From Negaprion brevirostris (Eukaryota), in the NCBI GenBank assembly GCA_030324005.1, contig JARDVH010000084.1, positions 68,165,519-68,229,518 on the forward strand: 64,000 bases of DNA. Reading direction: 5' to 3'. The position numbers and the translations under genes are program-made. How positions within the stretch are numbered: position 1 is the stretch's first letter; the number at the start of each line of letters is the position of its first letter. This document shows positions 50,935 through 62,222 of the stretch, one piece after another. The notes below the pieces were generated by a model that was given only the letters and a program-made list of their open reading frames with translations, did not search any database and was not told the DNA's origin.

Positions 50935-51257
50935 ACGTGGCATGGTAGTACAGTGATTAGCATTGCTGCTTCACAGTGTCGTGGACCTGGGTTAAATTCC
51001 GGCCTCAGGTGACTGTGTGGAATTTGCACGTTCTCCCTGTGTCTGCGCGAGTTTCCTCTGGGTGTTCCAGTTTCCTCCCACAGTTCAAAGATGTGTGGAT
51101 TAGATTGATTGGCGAAGTTAAATTGACCCTAGTGTCAAGGGATTAGCAGGGTAAGTATGTGGGGTTATGGGATAGGGCCTGGATGGGATTGTGGACAGTG
51201 CATTCTTGATGCACCAAATGGCCTCCTTCTGCACTGTAGGGATTCTATGATTCTATT
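50935..51257 (+). mobile_element. HE1-like SINE (CR1-type tail)
   Basis: A/B boxes, V-domain, GGGATTCTATGATTCTAT tail. Confidence 0.85.
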
Positions 51258-51834
51258 CGATGACCCATAAAGGAGTATATTAATGTGCAATAAAGAAATT
51301 GAGCATTTCAAAAGAAAAGATCAACCTTGAAATGAAGGGGGTGGTGGTGGGGTATGGTTATTTAGACTCCACAAGCCTTTTCTATCAATTAGATCATGCA
51401 TGACTATTATTCCATATCATGATTCTCTTTATAGCATTGCCAGAGAGAAATCCATCAATGTCAGCTGTGATGTTTCAATTGATAAGTCCTCAATAGTTTG
51501 CTGGAGTAGAAAAGTCCAGATTTCTCCCCAACAATTATTGAAGAAATGCTTAATGAGATCACCCTATGAGGGTTTAGAATTACATTTAGGGTTATGACCC
51601 TTCATTTTGCATTCTCCCACCAGATGGAGAAGGTTGTCTCCATCTCTCCTATTAAATTTATTAATTATCTTAAACACCCCTAGAAAAACAACATTTTATA
51701 TCCTTGATACTCAAAAGGAATGCAAGCCTGAATGCACAGCTCATCTCATAATTTAACCATTTTAGCCCAAGGATCATTCCGGCGAATCTGCATTCCACTT
51801 ATCCAAAGACAATATGCTCCCTGAGGTTAATTAA

Positions 51835-52186
51835 TTCCTTCATTCCTGGGACATGGGCATCACTGGCTGACAAGCATTTATTGCACATTCCCAGCTGTCC
51901 AGGGGCAGTTGAAAGTCAACCACATTGCTCTGGGTCTGGAGTCACATGGAGGTCAGACCAGGTAAGGAGGGCAGAATTCCTTCCTAAAGAGCATTAATGA
52001 AATGAATGGGTTTTTCTGACAATTGTTTCATGGTCATCAGTAGATTCCTAATTCCAGTTTTTTAAAAATATTAAGTTCAAATGCCACCATCTGTTGTAGT
52101 GGGATTCGAACCTGGGTCACAGGAACATTAGTTGAGTTCCTGGATTAATGGTCCAGTGCTAATATCAGTAGGCCATTGCCTCCCCC
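51835..52186 (-). mobile_element. tRNA-derived SINE, second family
   Basis: GGGATTCGAACC reverse B box; homologous to 7265-7510. Confidence 0.75.
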
Positions 52187-52715
52187 ATTAATGAATGACA
52201 GAGACATTGAGCATTTCATAATGTGGTATATTAATGTAGCATAGGAACATCAAGCAAACAATAGTCCAGTATATTAATGTACTATAGTTCAGTGAGCATA
52301 GCAACAGCACCAGAACAGCAGGAGGACATTCAGCTCCCCGAGCCCATTTTACCAGTAAATTAAGATCTGCATGCTAACTCCATCAACCTACCATGATTCC
52401 TTAACACTTAATACCATCACCAAACAAATATTTATCAATTTCAGTTTCAACATCCTCAATTGATCTCAGCTCAAGGGCTTTTTGAGGGAATGAGTTCCAA
52501 AGAGTTCCAGATTTCCACTGGTATGAGGAAATGTTCCTGACATCACCCTTAAATGGCCTAGCTGTTGTGTTCCCTTGCTCTGGACAACCTCATCAAATCA
52601 GCTTAAACTATCAGTTAGATAATCCCTTAATTTTCTAAAGAATAATAATGTTATTGGTGCATCATTTTGCTGTATATGAACATTGAACATTCCTTGGCAC
52701 AGTATGTTTATGTAT

Positions 52716-53015
52716 ACAGTGCAGAAGGAGGCCATTCAGCCCAGCAAGTCTGCACTGACCACAATCTCACCAGGTCCTATCCTCATAACCCCACATATTT
52801 ACCCTAGCTAGTCCCCCTGACACTACAGAACAATTTAGCATGGTCAGTCAAACTAACCTGCACATCTTTGGGAGGAAACTGGGGCACCCGGAGGAAACCC
52901 ACACAGGCGCGAGGAGAATGTGCAAACTCCACATAGGCAGTGACCCAAGCCAGGAATCAAATCCAAGTCCTTGATGCTGTGAGGCAGCAATGCTTACCAC
53001 TGTGCCACTATGCCC
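52716..53015 (-). mobile_element. HE1-like SINE
   Basis: Reverse A/B boxes and V-domain. Confidence 0.85.
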
Positions 53016-54744
53016 ATTGTGTGCCCTGGATAGTGTTTTTCTACATACTGAATACTTATGATACAGAAAATTAACATGCTATAGAGAAATTGAACATTTG
53101 GCACATCGCAATATTGTGGGAACATAGCAATGGAGGTTCCATGATACAATATGTCAGCAAGCCACAGATAACATCAACAATCCATGATGCAGTAAATCTT
53201 AGGGCATTAGAAACATTGAGTATTTCATCCAACAGTAAATTTTCAACTGACTTATCCGCAACAGGTTTTTGGGATCAACAGTCCAGATTTCCACTAACAA
53301 TTCTGCAAACAAATGTTTTCTGGCATTGCCCCTGAAATGTCTAGCTCTAATTTTAATGTTATGTATTCTTTCTTTGGACTGTTGCATTAAAATGAACAAT
53401 TTCTTTCTATTGATCCCACCATTCCTTTGCCCATCTCAAACTGCCCAATTAAAGCATCCCTTAATCTCCTATTGTCATGGGCATATTAATGTACCATAGG
53501 AAAATTAAGTTCTTCATGACACAGTACCTAATGTACCACTAGGCTATTAAGCATTCCGTCACATAGTATATTCGTGTATTAAAGTCCAAGATTTTTCAGG
53601 TGCCCTGCAGTCATTTAATACTCCAAGGATCTTTAACTGCTGGTGATGGGACTTTGGCCCCTCAGTCAGGAAGATGTTGTGCCTCAGATAATTGCCAGTC
53701 AATCTGATTGATTGGCAGTCCCAGCAGTAGCAGAAGCATTGGTGGCCACTGCCAGGAATACAATTGGTCTCCAGATTCTTAATTCCAGAATCCAAGACCA
53801 GGGAGTCTCAGGGTAGCAAAGGATGGATAAAAGGAGTATGCGGGTTTTGATGAAGAGACGGGAGGCTTGTGTTGGGGTTGGGAGGGAGCACATTCAGGAG
53901 ACAGACCTTGTGGAGCTGGGGTGGGGGTGGTGGGGCAGTGGTGCATGATGTTGAAAGGATGATGCTTCATGTCCGAGACCAGGGCACGGTGACTTTCTGG
54001 GATTATTCCAGCATCTGAACTACTCCTGCTTGCTTCAAAATTGAGGCAAGGCCGTAAATGGTTCTTAATTCATCACTTAAGGGCCTCAGTGAAGGCAAAA
54101 ATGTAAGGCAGGCCTAGGTCTCACCCAGCACAAAATATTGGAAAAGTCAGGATGAGTGGGAGGTCAGTGGGAAGGCCATTCGGGGAATTTTCTGGCATTC
54201 CCTCTGCCTGTAAACCCATTAATGAAGAATTGTAAAATTTTGTCGCGTTGTGGACTACACTGGGAACATCGGCACCGGACAACAGAAAAGAATAGATTGT
54301 TTTTTGCTTTTGTAGAGACCTAACATCCTATGGAAAAAGTATGCTAATGTACTTTCAGGCTAGATAGCATTCTGTCACATAATGTTCTAATATTTAATGT
54401 GACCTAGCTAACAGGGCTGCATAGCTGTGCTGCATGGTTTGGTGTACTCAGGCACACTGTCATAAAGTAGTAATATATTATAGGATCTAGCTGTCATACT
54501 TAGCACAAACAAAGAAATTCAGATTAATGTGTCCAGTACGGTTACTATGTGGGGCGTAGCCCCTTTAAGAGGAAGGGCCGGCTGGCCTGAGGTGTGGGGT
54601 GACCTGCCCAGGAAACCATCCCTGCAGCCATCAAGGGCTGGCGTGTGAGTATAAACCCTATTGTTCCTGGGGCTTGTCTTTGATGTGACCTCTCTGGAGC
54701 TATCTCCCCAGGAGTCTCAGACTTAACAGAACGTTCAAGATTAA

Positions 54745-55370
54745 GATAAACCCAGGAAGACTTGGGCTCAAAATTACAAGAAGATATATTTGAAAAAAAG
54801 CAAATACAAAAGCAAGACCAATGCAGGTGGTATATTTGGACTTTCAATACATTAAAATCAGGTTCCACTACAATAGGTGTTGCCACATGAGGGCTTATAG
54901 GTTTGGGGTAAAGTATTATAGCATGGGTCAAAAATTGGTTAAAGAGAAGAAAACAGAGAACAAGAATAAACTGGTTATTTGTAAGTTGGCAAACTGTTAT
55001 TGGTGGGGTATTGCAAGATTAGTTCAGAGCCCCAGCTATTTAAGATCTATAGTCATGACTTGAATGAAGTGACTGGATATAATGCAACTAAGTTTGCTGA
55101 CAATACATATCTATGTGGAACCGTATGCTGTGAGGAGGATCCAAATAGTCTACAAGGGGTTAGAGACAGGTTATGTGATACAGCGAGAGGGTGGCAGATG
55201 GAGTATAATGTGGGGAACTAAAAAGTTATTTGCTTTGGTAAATGAGAAACTGTTAAATATGGCTGTGCAGAGGGTGATCTTGTACGTGAAACATGGAAAG
55301 TTTAACAACCAGGTACAGCAAGAGTGACAATTTAAATTGCATGTTGCCCTTTATTCCAAGGGGTTTAGAG
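54745..55370 (+). mobile_element. Decayed CR1 RT fragments
   Basis: VVYLDFQ and PQLFKIYSHDLNE...TKFADNT...LQG..DRL...WQMEYNV motifs. Confidence 0.85.
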
Positions 55371-57929
55371 ATGCTCCTTAGATAATGGCAGAGCAGCAAC
55401 ACGTTGCATTCATGGGCATCTCTTCCTCAGAATACAAGATATTGGCTGATTTGCTTATTAATACCAACATCATTCAGATGTTGTTATCTTTGCAGCAAAA
55501 TCTGCACCATAATCAATAGCACAAGTATGCTTTTACTAACGTGATCATTGTTAATGGCCCTCAAACAATCTTTCTGTCCTGGAATGTGAGAAATTAAAAT
55601 GTGCAGTCTCATTCCTTGAGGTCATGAATTGTTGGCAGTTTTAAAAAATGACAGATTTAATATTTAAGTTTTCTCTTCCTTCTCCGTCTCTTTTTTCTCT
55701 CTCTGTAAATCTGGTCTTTTTTCTCTCTCTTTATATTTCTTTCTGTACTTTAACTCAAATTTGCTCTCCATTTCCAGTCCTCTCTCAGTTTATTTCTCAA
55801 TCCTTTAATCTTATTGGTTAAAGAGATACACTATTGGTGCTATTGTTCTTGAAGGTCCAATATGTCCTTTTGTCTTCCAGCACCAATATCAACTTGCACC
55901 TCCACCAATTTAGATGGAAAAAAACTTGACAGGTGAAAGGTGCAGGAAAATGTTTAACTAACTAGGCACATTGTGAGATATCCCATTCTAGGGCATTCTG
56001 GTCCATTTGAGATAGACAGACAGAGACACAAGTGAATTAGGCTGTTGTAGACATTCTTCCTTTTTAAAAACCTATTTAACAATTTTATCATTGAATTCCT
56101 CCAACACAGAACAGAAACCCAGACTGTGCATATATTTAAAAACGTTATCCTTATTATTGGCTCTTGGGCAAGATTCTTCGGTCCTCCAGCCGTGTGTTTC
56201 CCGCTGATGGGAGGTGGCACATTTTTTGCCAGTGGCGAGGTTCTCTGGTCCCATCGCTGTCATGGGGAATTCCCACTGAATTCCAGCCCTTATTTTAAAT
56301 GGGGCTTTTCTTCTGAACAATGAAGAAATGATGATTCAATAAGATGATTCACTCTCTGTCTTGAAATTGTCTACAGCCATCCCAAGAACAAAATAATTCT
56401 CTTGTTTGTTTCAGGAATGTCACACCTCGTTATGCCTAAAGGGCTTCTCACATTCTACCTGGGGGTGTACAGACCAATTTCAAAAGGAGCTATAGGCATT
56501 CCACTGGCATTTGATAAGCTAATTTTGNNNNNNNNNNNNNNNNNNNNNNNNNNNNNNNNNNNNNNNNNNNNNNNNNNNNNNNNNNNNNNNNNNNNNNNNN
56601 NNNNNNNNNNNNNNNNNNNNNNNNNNNNNNNNNNNNNNNNNNNNNNNNNNNNNNNNNNNNNNNNNNNNNNNNNNNNNNNNNNNNNNNNNNNNNNNNNNNN
56701 NNNNNNNNNNNNNNNNNNNNNNNNNNNNNNNNNNNNNNNNNNNNNNNNNNNNNNNNNNNNNNNNNNNNNNNNNNNNNNNNNNNNNNNNNNNNNNNNNNNN
56801 NNNNNNNNNNNNNNNNNNNNNNNNNNNNNNNNNNNNNNNNNNNNNNNNNNNNNNNNNNNNNNNNNNNNNNNNNNNNNNNNNNNNNNNNNNNNNNNNNNNN
56901 NNTAGTCACCAACCGCCAACCAGAATAGCACCCATTGATACCAACTCTCTGCTTCCTATTAGACAGCCAATCCTCTATCTACATGAAAGAATTCCTCACT
57001 GGATTCTGATTTGGGGATTTGGAACTCAAACAAAGCAATATTCAGTTTTTTCTGTGGTCATTGTACTATAAACCTCCTTTCCCTTTTACTGTGTGATGTG
57101 GAGTGGGACGTTGCAAATTCTCTTTTTTCTAGATTTTGAATGCATGCTATAAACTAACATGCTGACTTAATCCTAATTTGATCCTGTTGTGGAATAATTA
57201 ATAAAATTAGATCACACAAAAACTGAGGGGTTGGGAAAATATGCCACCACCTATTCATGAAAAAACAAACAATTCTGTTTATGGACAGACTGTAAGAGGA
57301 AAACAGTGCTTTTGAACTGACCCCCCCTCCTGCTTCGAACACATCAGTATTCAACAATTGCTCCTGTTTTTTGACCCTGGTATTGTGAGCAACGGTTGTA
57401 ATCCATTGACTGTGGCACTGCTTACTCACGTCAGTGAAGGTAGAAAAGTGTTTATTCTCATGTAATCCTCCGCTTTATGCATGGTACATTTCCCAGCATG
57501 ATGCAACAATGGTGAGAATAATTCTTCGATCTCATTGCTGCCTGCACTGCTGCATTGTAGACCTGTCACACTCCGTAAAGAGCAATGATCCTGCTTCTGC
57601 AGCAGTGCAGTATCTGCATTTCATTCAATACCAGTTTGTTGCAGGTTCTTAACCATTGATAGGTTCACAGCGGGCTGCAGATAACATTAAATTCAACTCA
57701 AGTCAAAGGTTAACAATGGAATTATAGCAAACAAATAGAGCTGCGGTATTCAAATTGATTGCTGCCAATGACAGGCGTATAGTTCTTTCAGGTATATCTG
57801 CATTCCATAATGTAAATGATTCAATATTCAACAAAAGCTTGCATTTATACGCCACCTTAACATAATAAAATGCCTCAAGGCAATTCATAGAAGCGGCCAT
57901 CAAACACAATTTGGCACCAACCCATTTTT

Positions 57930-58990
57930 AAAAATTCATTTATGGGATATGGGTGTCGTTGGCTAGACCAACATTTATTGTCCATCCCTAGTTGCCCTTG
58001 AGAAGGTGTTGGTGAGCTGCCTTCTTGACCTGCTGCAGTCCCTGAGGTGTAGGTACGCCGACAACTAAGGAGGGAGTTCCAGGATTTTGACTAAGTGACA
58101 GTGAAGCAAAAGTAAATATTTCCAAGTTAGGATGGTGAATGACTTGGAGGGGAACCTCCAGGCAGTGTTGTTCCCAGGTATCTGTTGTCCTTGTCTTTCT
58201 AGATGGTGGTGGTCATGGATTTGAAAGATGCTGCCAAAGGAACCTTGGCAAATTCCTGCAATGCATCTTGTTGACGGTAAATATAGCTGCCACAGTTCAT
58301 TGTCGGTGGAAGGATTAAATATTTGTGGAAGGGATAGCAAGAGGCAGCAATCAGGCTGGCTGCTTTGTTCATGATGGTGTTGAGCTTTGCGAGCTGCACT
58401 AATCCAGGCAAATGAAGAGTATTTTGTTACAGTCCTGATTGTGCTTTTAGATGGTGAGCAGGCTTTCGGGAGTCAAGAGGTGGGTTACCTACTCAGGATT
58501 CCCAATGTTTGACCTGCTCTGGTAGCCATGATATTTACATGGCTAGTCCAATTCAGTTCCTGGTCAATGGTAATCCCCAGGATGTTGACGGTGAGGGATT
58601 CAGCAATGGTGATATCATTGAATGTCAAAGGGCGACGGTGACATCCTCTCTTGTTGAAGATGGTAATTGTCTGGCAGTTGAGTGGCACAAATGTTACTTT
58701 CTCCTTGTCAGCCCAAGCCTGGATATTGTCCAGGTCTTGCTGCATTCGGACATGGACTGCTTCAGTATCTGAGGGGTATCTGAACNNNNNNNNNNNNNNN
58801 NNNNNNNNNNNNNNNNNNNNNNNNNNNNNNNNNNNNNNNNNNNNNNNNNNNNNNNNNNNNNNNNNNNNNNNNNNNNNNNNNNNNNNNNNNNNNNNNNNAA
58901 CTCCTGCAGTGATGTCCTGGAACTGTGATGATTGAATTCTGACAACCACAACCATCTTCTTTTATGCTAGGTATGATACCAACAGTTGGC
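57930..58990 (-). mobile_element. CR1/L2-group LINE 3' ~1 kb (with gap)
   Basis: MQQDLDNIQAWADK.KVTF...ILGITIDQELNWTSHVN..ATRAGQ.LGIL. Confidence 0.9.
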
Positions 58991-60319
58991 AGGATTTCCC
59001 TACCCCGCCATCACCGCCCCCGCCCCCCCAAACGAATAATAAGATATTAGGTCAATGGCCAAAAGCTTAAGTCCAAGAGATGTGTTTTGTGGGTACTTTT
59101 AACAGGGATAGATGGCAATCAGATTTAGGGAGGGAATTTCAAAGTCAAATGAGCCGAGGCAAACTAATGTTCTGGTTGCCAAAAGTGGAGAAAGAAAGTG
59201 TGGGGGCAAGCAATTCATGCATCTAGCTTCAAACTAGTGAAACGCAAGATCTATCATGGAGTTAAGACCATCTGTTTTAGCCAGGCGCACACATAATGCA
59301 GAGCCAGAGCAACACATTCCCAAGTAATAAAGAAGGAAAAGCCCAATATAAAATTTGCTTTCAAGAAACAGGATCTTTTAACCTCATGTCAATGTGCCAT
59401 AATGGAAGTCTTCACACAACTGCATTGTAAAATGTAATGGCATGGGGCATGATTAGAGTAAGTTCAAGCCTGCTGAAAGGAGGGAACAAACATGATTTAT
59501 CTCTCAGCTAACACTCCATTATGTGCAATCTTAATTCAAAGCCATATGTGATTCAAATTCTCCAGCAATTCAAATTTTAGTGCAGAATTTACTTCAACTC
59601 ATTAAGCGTTGGCCATACCATCAGCATCACCTGCTTCAAATCGCAAACCATCTGACTTGGGCATGCATTGCCATTCTTTCATCATCACTAAATCGGTTGG
59701 TACCTTTGAATTCCCCACTCCACACTGTTGCAGGACTGCAGCAGTTCAAGGACAAGGCTCACCATCACCTACACATGGCAACTGAGGACAGATAAGAAAT
59801 GTGGCCTTGCAAGACCAATATCCTGAGAATAAATGGTTAGAATTTGTGGAGTAAATTAAGGTTAAAGGTCATTTGAGTCTATAGCATGATAACTAGCCTT
59901 TCAGGCCCTAGCAGTCTATACTGACATTTGTCATCTATACACGGGTACTTTTGTAATCACAGTTACTCACACTCTTCCCATATCAATGCAATCCCCTTTC
60001 CTTTGTCCATCTCTTCAATGTAACCTTGAATATTCTTTTATCTCAACCATGAATCCTGGAAATGAACTGTAGGTTCACAACCCTCTACATGAAGATCTTT
60101 TTCCTATTGCTAAAGCTCTCATACTTCATTTTGTAAATACAGCCTCTCATTCTTGACCATAATTATTGAAAACAATCTGTTTGGATCCACATTGTCCCTT
60201 ATATAATTTTTAAAACATCTTCCCGGTTTCAGGGTGGGTGCGGCTGGAAAATTGAACCCGCTGTGTCCATGTATTTGAAAAGAATCTAGGGAAGATATAG
60301 CAAGGACTCCATTACTCAT

Positions 60320-61460
60320 ACTTAATAAATCGTCAAAAAAGGTGACGTGTCAGAGGACTGGCAAGCAGATAATGCCACACCTGTATTTAATATGGCAAAT
60401 AGACTAGTCAGCTTACCATGGTATTGAGGAAAGGGGAAAACAGAAAAACAGCTAGAAATCAAAAAATATAAGAATCATGAACTGGGCTTTCAAAAGGGAA
60501 AGCATTTCTTGAACAACTCCTTTGAGAGTAACAGAGGATAAACAATGGTAATACATTACATGTAAAATAACTAGATTTCCAAAATTGCTTTGATAAGATA
60601 TGATCTAATAGACTAATTGATAAAGTCAGCACATGCAGTCAGCTAAATAAATAGTTTGATGGCAGAAAGATAGAAAACAGAGAATAAGTGTTAAAGGAAG
60701 TCATTTTGAGTGTCAAAGGATGGGAAGTGGGGTCCCACGAGAATTACTGTTGTTACCCTTATCCTTGTTGTTCACAATTTTTAGCAATAATTTCAACTTT
60801 GGAATGAAAAATATAATTTCAAACTTTTTGGACAACACTAAATTGACACAGACACTCAACACTGAAGGGGGCTACAACAAATGACAAGCAGACATTAACA
60901 AACTTTTTGAATTGGGGATAACATTAGCAAATGAATTTCGGCATAGGTATGTATGAAGCAATACATTTAGAGGTGAAAATAAGGGTGACATACACTACTC
61001 TGAAAACATACATCTAAATGGGGTAGAGGAACAAAACGATCTGGGTTCTCACAAAGTTGAGTGGGTGCATGATTTTGCAGCACTCTGCAATATACTGCAC
61101 TATGATAAATAATGAATGCGCTCGGCCATGTTAAAAAATTAGAAGGGACAGCGTCTTAAAAGCAACAGGTTGTGTTTGACAACTAAAGTTTAAATGGAAC
61201 TTTGGGAGAATGAATACACAAGTCGCTAAAAGTCATGCCACAGATCAATAAGACCTTTAAAAGAAGGAAATCAAGTATTAGAGTTTGTTTCTGTAGGGAT
61301 AAATTTGAAATATAGGCAGGTTATCCTAAACATTTATTAAATCTTGGTTGCACTGCAATTGGAGTACTGTGTGCTGTTCCAGTCACCATATTATAAAAAA
61401 GGAACAGAAATATGCGGACAGGATAAAAATAAGACTTTCAAGGATGATGCCAGAACTGAC
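60320..61460 (+). mobile_element. Decayed CR1 ORF2 fragments
   Basis: GAGGACTGG..GC..ATG.CACACC, AGACTAGTCAGCTT, GATTTCCAAAA..CTTTGATAAG, TTGGAGTACTGTGTGC.GTTC motifs. Confidence 0.75.
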
Positions 61461-61479
61461 TGTGAGGTTAAGTCTACAA

Positions 61480-61710
61480 TAAAAACAAAATACAATGGAT
61501 GCTAGAAATCTGAAATAAATACAAAAAATTCTGGACAAACTCAGGTCTGGCAGCAACTGTGGAGTGAAAAACAGAGTTAATATTTCAAGTCTGTCTGACT
61601 TTTAGCTCTGAAGAAATCATGCAGGATTCCAAATATTAATTCTGTTTCTCTCCCCACAGATGGCTGTCAAATTTGCTGAGTTTACCCAGTGTGTTCTGCT
61701 TTTATTATGT
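61480..61710. mobile_element. Palindromic Penelope pLTR-derived element
   Basis: Arm CTGG..AAACTCAG..GGCAGCAACTGTGG..AAACAGAGTTAATATTT mirrored by AAATATTAATTCTGTTTCTC..CCACAGATG.CTG..CTGAGTTT.CCCAG. Confidence 0.7.
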
Positions 61711-61894
61711 GAGGTTATACCTATCAGGAAAGAATGGACTAGCTGGTTCTCTTCTGAAGGCTGGTGAGGTGGTGTGTGGGGGTGGGGGGAGGGTAGGGGG
61801 AGGTCTTCCANNNNNNNNNNNNNNNNNNNNNNNNTGTTGGGAGAGTGGAGACACAGAGAATGTTTCCATCTGTGCTGGGAACCATCAGCAAAAA

Positions 61895-62222
61895 TCATCG
61901 AATCCCCACAGTGCAGAAGGGGGCTATTTAGCCCATCAAGCCTGCACTGACAATAATCCCACCCAGGACACATTCCAGTAACCCCACATATTCATCTTGC
62001 TAATTCTCCTGACACCAAGGGGCAATTTATCATGGCCATGGCCAATCAATCTAACCCACACATCTTTGAGGTTTAGGAGGAAACCACAGCACCTGGAGGA
62101 AACCCACACAGACACGGGGAGAATGTGCAAACTCCACACAGATAGTGACCCAAGGCCAGAATTGAACCCAGGTCCCTGGTGCTGTGAGGCAACAGTACTA
62201 ACCACTGCGCCACCGCGCTGCC
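61895..62222 (-). mobile_element. HE1-like SINE
   Basis: Reverse A/B boxes and V-domain, CR1-type tail. Confidence 0.85.

Larger units (their letters stand above)
30715..54545 (+). repeat. Ancient degenerate ~43-bp satellite, in blocks separated by TE insertions
   Basis: Approximate consensus CCATGACACAGTATATTAATGTACTATAGGGACATTGAGCATT; unit starts at 34857, 34900, 34943, 34985, 35027; same orientation in all blocks. Confidence 0.8.

Noticed and set aside
30715-54545. CRISPR-like interpretation of the spaced palindromic repeats
   Set aside because: Units are contiguous and degenerate with no unique spacers, there are no cas genes, and the context is a vertebrate intron.
57430-57613. 184-nt open minus-strand AG..GTGAGT segment with the same phases as the missing LIM1 exon
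   Set aside because: Translation has no LIM Cys/His spacing and the acceptor lacks a polypyrimidine tract; probably chance.
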